DNA from: Candidatus Doudnabacteria bacterium
GTDB lineage: Bacteria; Patescibacteriota; Doudnabacteria; UBA920
Assembly (NCBI GenBank): GCA_016218585.1
Contig: JACRDK010000004.1
Location: 85,347 to 149,346 of the forward strand
Length of the DNA stretch: 64,000 nt
Direction of reading: 5' to 3'
A program made the translations under genes and the position numbers. Positions 46,947 through 56,342 of the stretch are shown one piece after another. Every line of letters begins with the position of its first letter. Position 1 is the stretch's first letter. Under the pieces are notes generated by a model. The model was not told the origin of the DNA and did not search any database. It saw only the letters and a program-made list of their open reading frames with translations.

Positions 46947-47978
46947 TTATTTTTCGGCTCCCGCCTGAAGACTGATGCGGTAAATATCAAGTAAGGCTAA
47001 AAAGACAGCCATTAAAATCGGTCCGAGCAAAAAACCAAGCGGACCAAAAAACTGCAAGCCGCCAATAACGCTAAACAAGACTAATAGCGGGTGAATGTTT
47101 GTTCTCGAGCCAATTAATTTTGGGCTTATAATATTATCAATCGTGCCCACGGCAATAGCTCCCCATATAGCCATGCCAACCGCCTGGCCGGTATGCCCTA
47201 CTATAAATAAATATATTACCGCCGGAATAATAGACAGCGAGGTGCCTAAGTTTGGGACTAAGGCCGCCAAGACCGTAAAAGCGCCCCAAAGAAAAGCTCC
47301 GGGAACTCCAAAAATTAAAAATCCCACAACCGCAACAGCACTCTGAGTCAAAGCAATTAAAAATGAACCCTTAACAAGACCGGTAACCGCCGCCTCAACT
47401 TTGGTAACTAAAATATCTTCGTTTTCGGCTGATAAAGGAAAAATAGAATAAACATAGCTTTTAACTTTTTTGCCGTCACGCAATAAATAATAAGCGGTAA
47501 AAAATATTAAAATTAAAGAAACAATAAAACTGGCTAAGTTGGAAAAGACAGCCGTTATTCCAACAAAGGCATTGGCCGCTAAACCGGAAATTTTTTGCGC
47601 CAGGTCGCTTAAAAATTTTAAAGCGTATTCCTGAGTTGGACCGGGCAAACTTTGTATAAAGGAAGTCTTGTCAAAAGATATGCTTCCCTGCTTATAGGAG
47701 TTAAACAAACTGTTAAGTTCATTAAATAACGTTTGCCCAAGCAAATATAATGGCACTATGATAATTAATAAAATAAGAAGAATGGTTAAAAAGGCTGCCC
47801 AGGATTCGCTTTTAATTTCCTTGCATAGCCTGGTGTAGACCGGAGAAAATAAAATTGCCAAAATTGCTCCTAAGGCTAAAAGTTTTAAAAATGGCAACCA
47901 AACAAAAAAGACCACGACCCCTACTAAGCCAAGCAGCAATAGAAAAGTAATTGTTTGTTGTTTTTGGTTTGTAATCAT
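46947..47978 (-). CDS. AI-2E family transporter (PerM/UPF0118)
   Basis: 8 TM permease with the AI-2E pattern; paralogue of the adjacent gene. Confidence 0.8.
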   Translation of the reverse strand: MITNQKQQTITFLLLLGLVGVVVFFVWLPFLKLLALGAILAILFSPVYTRLCKEIKSESWAAFLTILLILLIIIVPLYLLGQTLFNELNSLFNSYKQGSISFDKTSFIQSLPGPTQEYALKFLSDLAQKISGLAANAFVGITAVFSNLASFIVSLILIFFTAYYLLRDGKKVKSYVYSIFPLSAENEDILVTKVEAAVTGLVKGSFLIALTQSAVAVVGFLIFGVPGAFLWGAFTVLAALVPNLGTSLSIIPAVIYLFIVGHTGQAVGMAIWGAIAVGTIDNIISPKLIGSRTNIHPLLVLFSVIGGLQFFGPLGFLLGPILMAVFLALLDIYRISLQAGAEK

Positions 47979-47983
47979 AAAAA

Positions 47984-49021
47984 TTATTTAGTTACTAGTT
48001 CTTTGTCTTTGCCGGAATAAATATCCACCAAGGCCATAAACATGGCCATTAAAATTGGGCCGATTAAAAATCCTAAATAGCCAAACAAGACCAATCCTCC
48101 CAAAATACTCAGCAAGGTAACCAACGGATGCAAGTTAGTTTTATAACCAATTAGCTTAGGGCTGATAAAATTACCGATCCCTTGGATTGTTACAAATGCC
48201 CAAATTGTCATACCCACAGCCGCGCCCGTGTGTCCGGAAATAAACAAATAAGCAATTGCCGGAATTAAAGACAATAAAGTTCCAACGGTTGGCACTAAGG
48301 AAGCTAAAACCGTAAACACGCCCCAGAGCAGCGGCTGAGATACGCCGAAAATAATAAAGCCAACCGTAGAAGCGGCGCCTTGCAACAAGGCAACAGTAAA
48401 CGAGCCTTGGACCACGCCATTTATGGCCATTTCTAATTTTTTTACCAGCAAAGCTTCGTGGCTTTGTTCCAGAGGAAATATTCGTTCAATAAAAGCCCGC
48501 AACCTGCTGCCGTCTTTAAGTAAGTAATAAAAAGTAAAGGCTACCAAAATTACGTCCAAAATAAATCCGGCAATGTTAGCGGCAATATCGGTAAGGCTTT
48601 GAAAAGCGTTTCCGGCGAAGGCCGAAGCCTTTGCGGAAATATTATTTAAAATATTTTGCGCCACACCCTGAACCGGCCCGGACAAATGGCTAACAAAGTT
48701 ATTTAAATTGGCAGCTAGGGAACCCTGGCTCGCCTGCTGTGTATAGACATTTACAATTTCATTAAATACCAGCTGCCCAATGCCGTACACAGGAACAATA
48801 ACTAAAATTAATGCAATTATTAAAGTGATGGCGGAGGCCAAACTTTCCGACTTAATGTTCTTGGAAATTTTTAACTTAACCGGTGAAAATAGCACAGCCA
48901 AAATTCCGCCTAAGGCTATTAGCTCAAAAAACGGCAAAAACATTAAGGCCACAGTTAAGCCGACAATTGCGAACAGAATATAGAAGCTAATGTTTTGAAT
49001 TTTGTTTCCGGATGAGGCCAT
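47984..49021 (-). CDS. AI-2E family transporter (tandem paralogue)
   Basis: Same architecture as 46947..47978 with recognisable pairwise similarity (FGV...LLWG.FTVLA.LVP..GT.LS.IPA..YLFI.GHTG). Confidence 0.8.
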   Translation of the reverse strand: MASSGNKIQNISFYILFAIVGLTVALMFLPFFELIALGGILAVLFSPVKLKISKNIKSESLASAITLIIALILVIVPVYGIGQLVFNEIVNVYTQQASQGSLAANLNNFVSHLSGPVQGVAQNILNNISAKASAFAGNAFQSLTDIAANIAGFILDVILVAFTFYYLLKDGSRLRAFIERIFPLEQSHEALLVKKLEMAINGVVQGSFTVALLQGAASTVGFIIFGVSQPLLWGVFTVLASLVPTVGTLLSLIPAIAYLFISGHTGAAVGMTIWAFVTIQGIGNFISPKLIGYKTNLHPLVTLLSILGGLVLFGYLGFLIGPILMAMFMALVDIYSGKDKELVTK

Positions 49022-49217
49022 AAATATATTTAATTATCTCTCCGTTAAATTATAGCAAATAATTGACAAAAAGGCACTATTTATGCTATATTTTATACAT
49101 CTGCCCTAGAGGTTTTTGGGCAATTTTTATTTGATAAATTAGATTTAAGATTGGCGATTTAAGATTAAAGTCTTGTCCCTTCTATAATCTGTTAACTTTA
49201 ATCCATAATCTAATATT

Positions 49218-51056
49218 ATGAAAAGAGACAACATAAGAAATATTGCCATTATTGCCCACGTTGACCACGGCAAAACCACGCTGGTAGACGCCATGCTCAA
49301 ACAGACACAAACTGTGAAAGTCAACGACGACACCAAAGATTTAATAATGGACTCCATGGATTTGGAGCGTGAACGCGGAATTACCATTCGCGCCAAAAAC
49401 GCTTCCCTTATTTACAATGGCACCAAAATTAATATTGTAGACACTCCGGGACACGCCGACTTTGGCGGTGAAGTAGAACGCACCTTAAGAATGGCTGACG
49501 GTGTTTTGCTGTTGGTGGATGCTAAAGAAGGCCCAATGCCTCAAACTAAGTTCGTGCTTAAAAAAGCTTTGGAACTTGGCCTTAAAGCTATTGTGGTAAT
49601 AAACAAAGTAGATAAAGACGGCGCTGCTCCCGATGCAACCGTAGACAAAACTTTTGATTTATTTGTCAGCTTAAACGCCAGCCATGAGCAATTGGATTTC
49701 CCGATTATTTATGCTTCCGGTTTTAAGGGCTTGGCCGACACAGATTTAGACAGCTTAAAAACCAAAATCGCTTCCGGCGCCGAACCAGACGTCGCTCCCC
49801 TGTTTGACGCGATAATAAAATTTATTCCGGCTCCGGATGTAAAACCCGAAGATCCTTTTGCCATGCTCGTTTTAGCTTTAAAGTATGACAACTACAAAGG
49901 CAAGCTTGGTATTGGCAAGATTGTTTCCGGCGGCGTAAAAAAAGCGCAAAACATTGCGCGCATTAACCCGGCCGGGCAAGCAACAGTCGGCAAAGCCACT
50001 GCTTTGCAAATGTACGAAGGCTTGGCGCCAATTGACGTGGAAGAAGCCACAGCCGGCGATATTGTTGCCGTTGGCGGATTTGATGATATTTCCATTGGCG
50101 AAACTTTAACCGACCCAACCAGCCCAATCCATTTAGAGCCCGTGGAAATTGAACCGCCAACCATAAAAATGACTTTTGGCGTGAACACTTCCCCGTTTGC
50201 CGGCAAAGAAGGTAAATTTGTTACCTCCAGAAATTTGCGCGACCGCCTTTATAAAGAACTGGAAGTTAACGTGGCGCTTAAAGTTGAGCCTTCAGAAGAA
50301 GGCGCGGAAAGCTTTTTGGTTTCCGGACGCGGTGAATTACATTTGGGCGTGTTGATTGAAACTATGCGCAGAGAAGGTTTTGAATTGCAAGTTTCTCAGC
50401 CGCAAGTTATTTATCACGAAAAAGACGGGCAGAAAATGGAACCTTACGAAATGGTTACCATTGACGTTCCTTCCGAATACCAAGGCGCGGTCATTGAAAA
50501 TCTTGGACGACGCGGCGGCGAGTTATTGCATATGGATTCTTCCAACAATACCGAATTGCACGCGGAATATTTAATTCCAACACGCGGTCTTATTGGTTTA
50601 AAAAACCTGCTCCTTACCCAGACCCGCGGCACTGTTATTTTAAACAACTTGTTCGACAGCTATAAGCCGGTTCATGAAATTGACACTCACGTTAATGACC
50701 ACGGCAGCTTAATTTCTTCCGAAACAGGCGTGTCTAATGCTTACGGATTAAACAATGCCCAGGAACGCGGTATTTTGTTTATTGGCCCTGCCGTAGAAGT
50801 TTATGAAGGTATGGTTGTTGGTAAAAATGCTTTAAACAGCGATATTGAATTAAATGTTTGTAAGACCAAAAAACTTACCAACATTCGCTCCTCCGGCACC
50901 GACGAAGCAATTATTTTAACTCCTCCCCGCCCGGTAGAACTGGACTTTGCTCTTGAATACATTGGTCCGGATGAACTGGTGGAAGTTACCCCGCAATCAA
51001 TTAGAATCCGCAAAAAAATCCTTTCCGCGACCGAACGCAAACGCGCCGCGAGATAA
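49218..51056 (+). CDS. typA: Translational GTPase TypA/BipA
   Basis: [17 protein letters not shown]1, DTPGHADF G3, NKVD G4, EF-G-like domains. Confidence 0.95.
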   Translation: MKRDNIRNIAIIAHVDHGKTTLVDAMLKQTQTVKVNDDTKDLIMDSMDLERERGITIRAKNASLIYNGTKINIVDTPGHADFGGEVERTLRMADGVLLLVDAKEGPMPQTKFVLKKALELGLKAIVVINKVDKDGAAPDATVDKTFDLFVSLNASHEQLDFPIIYASGFKGLADTDLDSLKTKIASGAEPDVAPLFDAIIKFIPAPDVKPEDPFAMLVLALKYDNYKGKLGIGKIVSGGVKKAQNIARINPAGQATVGKATALQMYEGLAPIDVEEATAGDIVAVGGFDDISIGETLTDPTSPIHLEPVEIEPPTIKMTFGVNTSPFAGKEGKFVTSRNLRDRLYKELEVNVALKVEPSEEGAESFLVSGRGELHLGVLIETMRREGFELQVSQPQVIYHEKDGQKMEPYEMVTIDVPSEYQGAVIENLGRRGGELLHMDSSNNTELHAEYLIPTRGLIGLKNLLLTQTRGTVILNNLFDSYKPVHEIDTHVNDHGSLISSETGVSNAYGLNNAQERGILFIGPAVEVYEGMVVGKNALNSDIELNVCKTKKLTNIRSSGTDEAIILTPPRPVELDFALEYIGPDELVEVTPQSIRIRKKILSATERKRAAR

Positions 51057-51069
51057 AAATTATACAAAT

Positions 51070-51105
51070 GAAAACAGCGCTCAAGTCCTCCGGGTTCGAG
51101 CGCTG
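51070..51105. terminator. Bidirectional terminator after typA
   Basis: AACAGCGCTCAAGTCCTCCGGGTTCGAGCGCTGTTTTGTT. Confidence 0.65.
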
Positions 51106-51134
51106 TTTTGTTGCTTGACGGCCTGGTCATTGTG

Positions 51135-51530
51135 TTATCTGATGCCGCCGCTGAACATATTGGCCATTAGCTCGTCCCGATTAGGCCCGCCGAGCCCCGT
51201 TCTGCGAGCAGAAGCAGAACCGGCAGTGCATGGTTGAGATGGCGAAACACTCGCAGTGACAAGCGAGAAATCAACCTCGTCGGGCGAACAAAAAAAATAA
51301 AAGACCAGCTGCTGCGGAAGCATCCACGCATGTCCGTCTTCTATCATTTTGTGATAGAACAGCCAAAGATGATTTATGATTGAAGTCTTTGTCTGCTCAG
51401 TCATGTCTTCAAAACCATCCGTACGATACCATTGCCGAAACAACTCCTCACCAATTTCTAACTGACGATGTTTTGGGCAGTTTGGTTGAGCCGCCTCAAC
51501 CAATAGATCATAAACTTCCTTTTGGGTCAT
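51135..51530 (-). CDS. Hypothetical small protein B (131 aa) of a tandem GC-rich cassette
   Basis: ORF preceded on the minus strand by promoter-like TTTTTTTTGGTATGGTAA and RBS AGAAGGAGGGG; codon usage atypical (CGT, CAG, CTG-rich); C-terminal 40 aa low complexity, possibly read-through. Confidence 0.4.
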   Translation of the reverse strand: MTQKEVYDLLVEAAQPNCPKHRQLEIGEELFRQWYRTDGFEDMTEQTKTSIINHLWLFYHKMIEDGHAWMLPQQLVFYFFCSPDEVDFSLVTASVSPSQPCTAGSASARRTGLGGPNRDELMANMFSGGIR

Positions 51531-51600
51531 AAACCCCTCCTTCTGGATTCACAGACGATTTACCATACCAAAAAAAATAAAAATTGTCTATAAAAACAAT

Positions 51601-51625
51601 GGGCGTCGACATGCTGTCGACGCCC
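51601..51625 (-). terminator. Hairpin terminator separating the two tandem small genes
   Basis: GGGCGTCGACATGCTGTCGACGCCC. Confidence 0.6.
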
Positions 51626-51641
51626 ATTCTGATACCTAACG

Positions 51642-51950
51642 TTATCCGCCACCTACAAGGGAACCCCATTTAATAGGGCTGTTGCTGCCTGGCTTTGTCT
51701 GGGTTTGGATGAATTCATCGAGCCTGGATGTCGGCATCGCTTTGGTCAGATGGACCATACCGATAGTGCCGATTTGGCCGGCCAAGTCACTCTTGGCCTT
51801 TGCAGCGTAGTTGTCGAGGCTGGCAGTAGCACAGACGTGCCTGCCAAAAAGCCTGGCCTCTAGACCGAATTTTGCCAGCAGCGCCTTTGCTGTCTCAAAG
51901 AGGACGCCCTCTCTAAGAACAATGACTATAAGTACAGATCGTTCCTGCAT
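51642..51950 (-). CDS. Hypothetical small protein A (102 aa) of a tandem GC-rich cassette
   Basis: Same duplicated leader (TTTTTTTTGGTATGGTAAGG...GAGAAGGGGGG) upstream on the minus strand; MQERSVLIVIVLREGVLFETAKALLAKFGLEA...; family not recognised. Confidence 0.4.
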   Translation of the reverse strand: MQERSVLIVIVLREGVLFETAKALLAKFGLEARLFGRHVCATASLDNYAAKAKSDLAGQIGTIGMVHLTKAMPTSRLDEFIQTQTKPGSNSPIKWGSLVGGG

Positions 51951-51999
51951 AAGTCCCCCCTTCTCAATCCAACAGAGACCTTACCATACCAAAAAAAAT

Positions 52000-52027
52000 A
52001 AAGGCTGTCCAGAAAAGGACAGTCTTT
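52000..52027 (-). terminator. Hairpin terminator upstream of the cassette (downstream of holA)
   Basis: AAAGGCTGTCCAGAAAAGGACAGTCTTT; second hairpin CCCTCCCCTTATGAGGGGAGGG at 52081-52102. Confidence 0.55.
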
Positions 52028-52103
52028 AAATATTGCCATACGTTTTCTCCAAGAGATTAGCACTTAACAGCCTCTCCCTACCCTCCCCTTATGAGGGGAG
52101 GGG

Positions 52104-53150
52104 CTAAAACAGCTGCACTACAATTAAGTCCAACAAAACGCGCGGCGGGGTGCTGGAGGTTTTAAGCTCTTCATCCAGCGCTTTTAACTTATTTAAAAAA
52201 TCCAAAACTTTTTTATTGGCAAAACGGCTGGCAATTTTCTTCATAACAAACAAGCGGCCGCTTTTCCACCCGGTCATTTCCAAAATATCGCCTTCGGTTT
52301 TCTTTTGTTCAGTTAAATCCTGAATCATGGCAACATTACGGAATTGCTCAGCCAGCAATGCATTTAACTGGATAATTGCCGTTTTTTCGTCTGCGGTTGC
52401 CTGCTGGCGCAAAAATCCATGCATTAACTGAAGCGATTTTTGTTTATCGTTATCGGCAATGGCATTGGTAAGCTCAAATACATCCACTTCCCCATTTTCT
52501 GAAACTAAATTATTTACATCTTTTGCCTGAAGAACAGAACCGTTGGCAAAGGCAGCTAATTTTTTTAGCTCGGAATCGGCCTGCCATAAATTATAAACTT
52601 CTTGAACATCTATAATTTTTCCGCCAACTTTAGTTTCTTTTGCTGCATCGCGGCCCAAGCGAACGGCCAACGCTTCCAAAGCCTCGTTGTCCATTGAAAG
52701 TTTGTAATCCTGAGCGCGTTGTTTTAACCAGTTATTCAATTCTTCCCCGTGCGGCAAAGCAAACTGCCTAACTTCAACTTTTGGATTAGCCAACATTTTT
52801 TTATTGTCGGCATTTCTTTTGTCCAGTTTTTCCTCTAAAAAAATTATATGATTTTTGCCGCCAGCCAAAGAATTTACAATGGCCTCGTCTGCAAATTTGG
52901 CGGCCATATTTCTTAAGACGTAAATTTTTTGCTTAGAAAACAGGTCCTGGCCGGCCAAATCCTCGGCCATAGGCATATTCTCGGCATCACTAAAAATTTC
53001 AGGCTTAATGCCCAATTTTTGCTCTAAAACGGCCACTTGTTGCTGTTTCTCAAAGTCATTTGGGCCTAAAAACAAATATAACATAACTCCCTTGAAAATA
53101 TTAGATAAATATGGTAAAATATCAAAGACTTGAAAATTTGCTACCCTCAC
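52104..53150 (-). CDS. holA: DNA polymerase III delta subunit
   Basis: Length and pattern typical of holA; likely true start at internal MLYLFLGP; moderate. Confidence 0.6.
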   Translation of the reverse strand: MRVANFQVFDILPYLSNIFKGVMLYLFLGPNDFEKQQQVAVLEQKLGIKPEIFSDAENMPMAEDLAGQDLFSKQKIYVLRNMAAKFADEAIVNSLAGGKNHIIFLEEKLDKRNADNKKMLANPKVEVRQFALPHGEELNNWLKQRAQDYKLSMDNEALEALAVRLGRDAAKETKVGGKIIDVQEVYNLWQADSELKKLAAFANGSVLQAKDVNNLVSENGEVDVFELTNAIADNDKQKSLQLMHGFLRQQATADEKTAIIQLNALLAEQFRNVAMIQDLTEQKKTEGDILEMTGWKSGRLFVMKKIASRFANKKVLDFLNKLKALDEELKTSSTPPRVLLDLIVVQLF

Positions 53151-53152
53151 AT

Positions 53153-53228
53153 GGGTCGGTAGCTCAGCTGGTAGAGCAGTAGCCTCTTAAGCTATTTGTC
53201 GTGGGTTCGACCCCCACCCGACCCACCA
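53153..53228 (+). tRNA. tRNA-Lys (anticodon CTT) with encoded CCA
   Basis: Hand-folded cloverleaf: GGGTCGG/CCGACCC acceptor, D-arm GCTC..GAGC, anticodon arm GTAGC-CTCTTAA-GCTAT, T-arm GTGGG-TTCGACC-CCCAC. Confidence 0.85.
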
Positions 53229-53432
53229 CGTCGTTCGCGAACGACGTGGCCCACCATGCACCATTCGCTCGTTTTCAGACGACTAGTTCATCATAGAATA
53301 ATGACATCACTAATTGATGTCATTTTTTATTAGGCGCCCAATGGTGCTCCCGGCAACCTGCCCGTCCTGTCTACCGATAGGCAGGCGGCAGGCAGGGATT
53401 CGTCTTCTGGTATACGATTCAGATTCTAAATT

Positions 53433-53508
53433 TCTGGTGCACCCGGCAAGATTCGAACTTGCTACCTTCCCGATGTACATCGGGACGCTCCCCGCCCGCA
53501 CGACTCGT
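53433..53508 (-). ncRNA. tRNA-like 3' element (hairpin plus T-arm plus 7-nt acceptor strand plus ACCA) lacking a canonical 5' half
   Basis: Reverse complement ends ...CCCGATGTACATCGGGAAGGTA GCAAG TTCGAAT CTTGC CGGGTGC A CCA; matching 5' acceptor strand GCACCCG lies 136 nt upstream at 53638-53644, on the other side of tRNA-Arg. Confidence 0.35.
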
Positions 53509-53583
53509 CTGGTGACCTCGGCAGGAATCGAACCTACATCACTGGTTTCGAAGACCAGTGCTCTATCCATTGAGCTACGAGGC
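53509..53583 (-). tRNA. tRNA-Arg (anticodon TCG) with encoded CCA
   Basis: Reverse complement GGCCTCGTAGCTCAATGGATAGAGCACTGGTCTTCGAAACCAGTGATGTAGGTTCGATTCCTGCCGAGGTCACCA folds as a cloverleaf. Confidence 0.8.
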
Positions 53584-53708
53584 CGTCAGGCGAGTCGAGC
53601 GGATATCCAAATGCCTGTCCGCCTCGGGCGGAAGCTTACGGGTGCATTTATCCCAATAATTATAGCTTAAGCCGAAAGTTTGCGCTACATAGGCCCAATT
53701 ACAAAAAT

Positions 53709-53745
53709 ACCCGCCCCAGCTTAAGTTGAGGCGGGTATTTATTTG
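53709..53745. terminator. Bidirectional hairpin terminator
   Basis: AAATACCCGCCCCAGCTTAAGTTGAGGCGGGTATTTATTT. Confidence 0.6.
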
Positions 53746-53749
53746 AGAC

Positions 53750-54064
53750 CTATTGGGAAACTGAGTTATCAAAGGGATTGACGGTAACAGAATTTGAGGG
53801 TTCAAAATTTTGCGCGTTCTTTATCCTGTTAACTACAAGGTCATACTTGGTAAAGTCTATTCTCACACCCTGATCTTTTATTGCCACCTGTGGTTCGCTG
53901 CGAAAATCCATAATTATTTTTACCGATGTTTGAATTTCAAATATTTCCGCCGCTATAATTAACAAAAAAACTACAAAAAATAGCCAGCTCAAATTACGGC
54001 CAAGTTTATTGGTAAAATTTTTAAAAGCAATTATATTGATATTAATTTTATTTAAATTAGCCAT
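53750..54064 (-). CDS. Hypothetical membrane-anchored protein, last gene of the pilus assembly operon (PilP-like position)
   Basis: 104 aa, single N-terminal TM; operonic with pilO. Confidence 0.4.
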   Translation of the reverse strand: MANLNKININIIAFKNFTNKLGRNLSWLFFVVFLLIIAAEIFEIQTSVKIIMDFRSEPQVAIKDQGVRIDFTKYDLVVNRIKNAQNFEPSNSVTVNPFDNSVSQ

Positions 54065-54065
54065 A

Positions 54066-54617
54066 TTATTTGCTTAAGTAAAAATTGGCGGTTAAGTTTG
54101 CCGACACTGTTCCCCTGTCGGCGCTGCTTAGGCTTACGCTAGTTAAATTGGTGACAAATCCAAGATTTTCCAAAACTTCAATATAATTAACAACCTGCTC
54201 CAAACTGCCGTTTAAGTTTATGCCATAAGGAACCATGGCTATAGATGTGGCTGTTTTGGCTTTGGCTGCTGTAGCCACTGTACCGCTTATGCCGGACAAT
54301 TGCATTTGCACTCCGACTTTGTCCGCCCAAGTTTCTAAGGTTTCAATTTCTTTTACTAAGGCAACATCCTTGCTAAAAAAATTGTCCGGTTGGTACTGTT
54401 TTTTTGCTAAAGTCTGCAAATCCTGTTGAGCCTTTAAGTAACTGGCTTTTTCTGCTTTCAGCAAAGCCAATTCCTGCCTTTGTTTTGCCATTGAGTCTAC
54501 AATCTTTTGGTTTGACTCATCCAATATTCCAAAAATAAACAAAAACATAACCAAACTGACCGCCAACCAGGAGGTAAATAAAATTATAACTTTATTTTTT
54601 GCGGAAAATTTTCCCAT
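54066..54617 (-). CDS. pilO: Type IV pilus assembly protein PilO-like
   Basis: N-terminal TM, coiled coil (QRQELALLKAEKASYLKAQQDLQ), position after pilN. Confidence 0.6.
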   Translation of the reverse strand: MGKFSAKNKVIILFTSWLAVSLVMFLFIFGILDESNQKIVDSMAKQRQELALLKAEKASYLKAQQDLQTLAKKQYQPDNFFSKDVALVKEIETLETWADKVGVQMQLSGISGTVATAAKAKTATSIAMVPYGINLNGSLEQVVNYIEVLENLGFVTNLTSVSLSSADRGTVSANLTANFYLSK

Positions 54618-54618
54618 A

Positions 54619-55173
54619 TTATTTTAACAGGCTATCCTGGATGCTAAAGGTAAAATGAAACGGTGAATTATTTGGCTTTGCAACATTTTCTAATGGATAG
54701 TCAACATTATAAAATTCTGCGCTATCTTTAAGAATATTATTATATAGCTGAATAACGGTTTCGCGGCTGGAACTCAAACCATTTATAGTGATGGTCTTTT
54801 TAACCGGCTCAACAACAAAAGTATTTATTTTTGTGCCCGGCGGCGGCAAAACCACAAAGGCCTTTATAACCTTTGACCATTTAGGCGAAGAGTTTGCCAA
54901 ATTTTGGAAATCTGAAACCGTATCATTTACCGCTTTAATTTTTTTCTTAATATCAGCATTCTCCTGTTTGCTTACCTGGCCTTGCAAGTCTGCAATTTCC
55001 GCCTTATAAACCCCGGCTTCAATTTGTAAATAAAACTTTGTGCCAAACTGGGCCATAAGAACTAAAATAAAACTAAAAGCCGTAGCCCAAACCAAAACCC
55101 ACAAACTATGAAGCATAACTTCATAGTGCAGCTCTCTCTGTTTATTTTTTGGCAACAGGTTAATTAATTTCAT
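54619..55173 (-). CDS. pilN: Type IV pilus assembly protein PilN-like
   Basis: INLLPKNKQRE N-terminus, single TM, typical PilN start. Confidence 0.65.
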   Translation of the reverse strand: MKLINLLPKNKQRELHYEVMLHSLWVLVWATAFSFILVLMAQFGTKFYLQIEAGVYKAEIADLQGQVSKQENADIKKKIKAVNDTVSDFQNLANSSPKWSKVIKAFVVLPPPGTKINTFVVEPVKKTITINGLSSSRETVIQLYNNILKDSAEFYNVDYPLENVAKPNNSPFHFTFSIQDSLLK

Positions 55174-55179
55174 ATAAAT

Positions 55180-56247
55180 TTAGTAAACATCAAAGTTCAT
55201 CCCCCGATGAGCCAAGCCGATAGCGGTAACATAGCCCAGGCTATCCAGGCTTTCCATTTGCGGGGTTTTTAAGCCCGGCAAATTTTGCCAGGGATTTGCC
55301 AGCTCAACCTTAGCCACTCCCGCCTCCTGCATTTGTGGGGCTAAAAAGTCAATTAAATTTTTAAGCTTGGCGCTGCCGCCGGCCAAAATAATGCTGCTTA
55401 CTTGTTTTTCGGAATGTTCATTATGGAATTTTAAAATATTTTTTATTTCGGCGCTTAAGTTATTCAACACCGGCAAAACCACCGTGCGGATATTTGGATA
55501 TTCCGTGGTATTAGAGATTCCAACTTTTCTTTTTATTTCTTCGGCCTTGCTGCTGGAAACCCCCATTGTCCTGGCAATACTTTCGGTAAAAGCATTTCCG
55601 CCAATAGGAATGGTTGAGGTAAATTGCAAATTACCCTCCTCCACCATAATTAAGCTGCTGCGGCTGGCGCTAATGTCTACAATCAATACGGTTTCTTTGC
55701 TGTCCTGCGGGATAACAGCTCTATGGCAACTTTGCGACTCAACTTCTAAAGCTACTACTTTTAAACCGGCGCGCTCTAATGTTTCCAAAAATCCATCCAC
55801 AAACTGTTTTGGCGAGGCAACCATTAAAATATTCATTTTATCCCCTGTTTCGCCAATCTTTTGCCAATCTAAATAAACCTGGTCTATAGGCAGCGGGATA
55901 AAGCTTTCCGCTTCAAATGGTACGGCATTCTCCGCTTCTTTTTCACTCATTAAGGGAATCTGAATTACTCTAACAAAAGATTTTGATTCCGGCAGGCTGG
56001 CCACGACAAAATTAGTATCAATTTTTCCAAATTGAGGCTTTTGCAAAATTTGCTTAACTAGGAAATTAAAAGTTTTTCCGTCGGTGACAGCGTCGTTAAT
56101 TATCATCCCCTTGGGCAACGACACTTCGCCAAATCCTTTTAAAATAGATTCTTTTTTGTTTCCGTGAAATTGGGCAATTTTTAAGGTGGCGTTGCTAACA
56201 TCCAATCCAAATGCCGGTAAATTTTTAGACAAAAAGTTAAATTTCAC
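55180..56247 (-). CDS. pilM: Type IV pilus assembly protein PilM (actin-like ATPase fold)
   Basis: FGLDVSNATLKIAQ start, ILAGGSAKLKNL C-terminal motif. Confidence 0.8.
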   Translation of the reverse strand: MKFNFLSKNLPAFGLDVSNATLKIAQFHGNKKESILKGFGEVSLPKGMIINDAVTDGKTFNFLVKQILQKPQFGKIDTNFVVASLPESKSFVRVIQIPLMSEKEAENAVPFEAESFIPLPIDQVYLDWQKIGETGDKMNILMVASPKQFVDGFLETLERAGLKVVALEVESQSCHRAVIPQDSKETVLIVDISASRSSLIMVEEGNLQFTSTIPIGGNAFTESIARTMGVSSSKAEEIKRKVGISNTTEYPNIRTVVLPVLNNLSAEIKNILKFHNEHSEKQVSSIILAGGSAKLKNLIDFLAPQMQEAGVAKVELANPWQNLPGLKTPQMESLDSLGYVTAIGLAHRGMNFDVY

Positions 56248-56342
56248 AATTTTTTTCTCCAGATTAAATATAACAGGAATATTTAAAAAAATGAAGCTCT
56301 GCTAGCATCCTATATCCTAGATACTAAATTCTAAATGCTATT

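Noticed and set aside
53433-53644. tmRNA (ssrA) as an explanation for the tRNA-like 3' element with separated acceptor strands
   Set aside because: No tag-peptide reading frame ending in ...ALAA-stop is present in the 212-nt segment, and a complete canonical tRNA-Arg sits in the middle, which is unlike any tmRNA architecture.
53314-53670. 118-aa plus-strand ORF (MMSFFIRRPMVLPATCPSCLPIGRRQAGIRLL...)
   Set aside because: It is the antisense translation of tRNA genes (...ARFELAT...GIEPTS... are classic anti-tRNA peptides); the region is RNA-coding on the minus strand.
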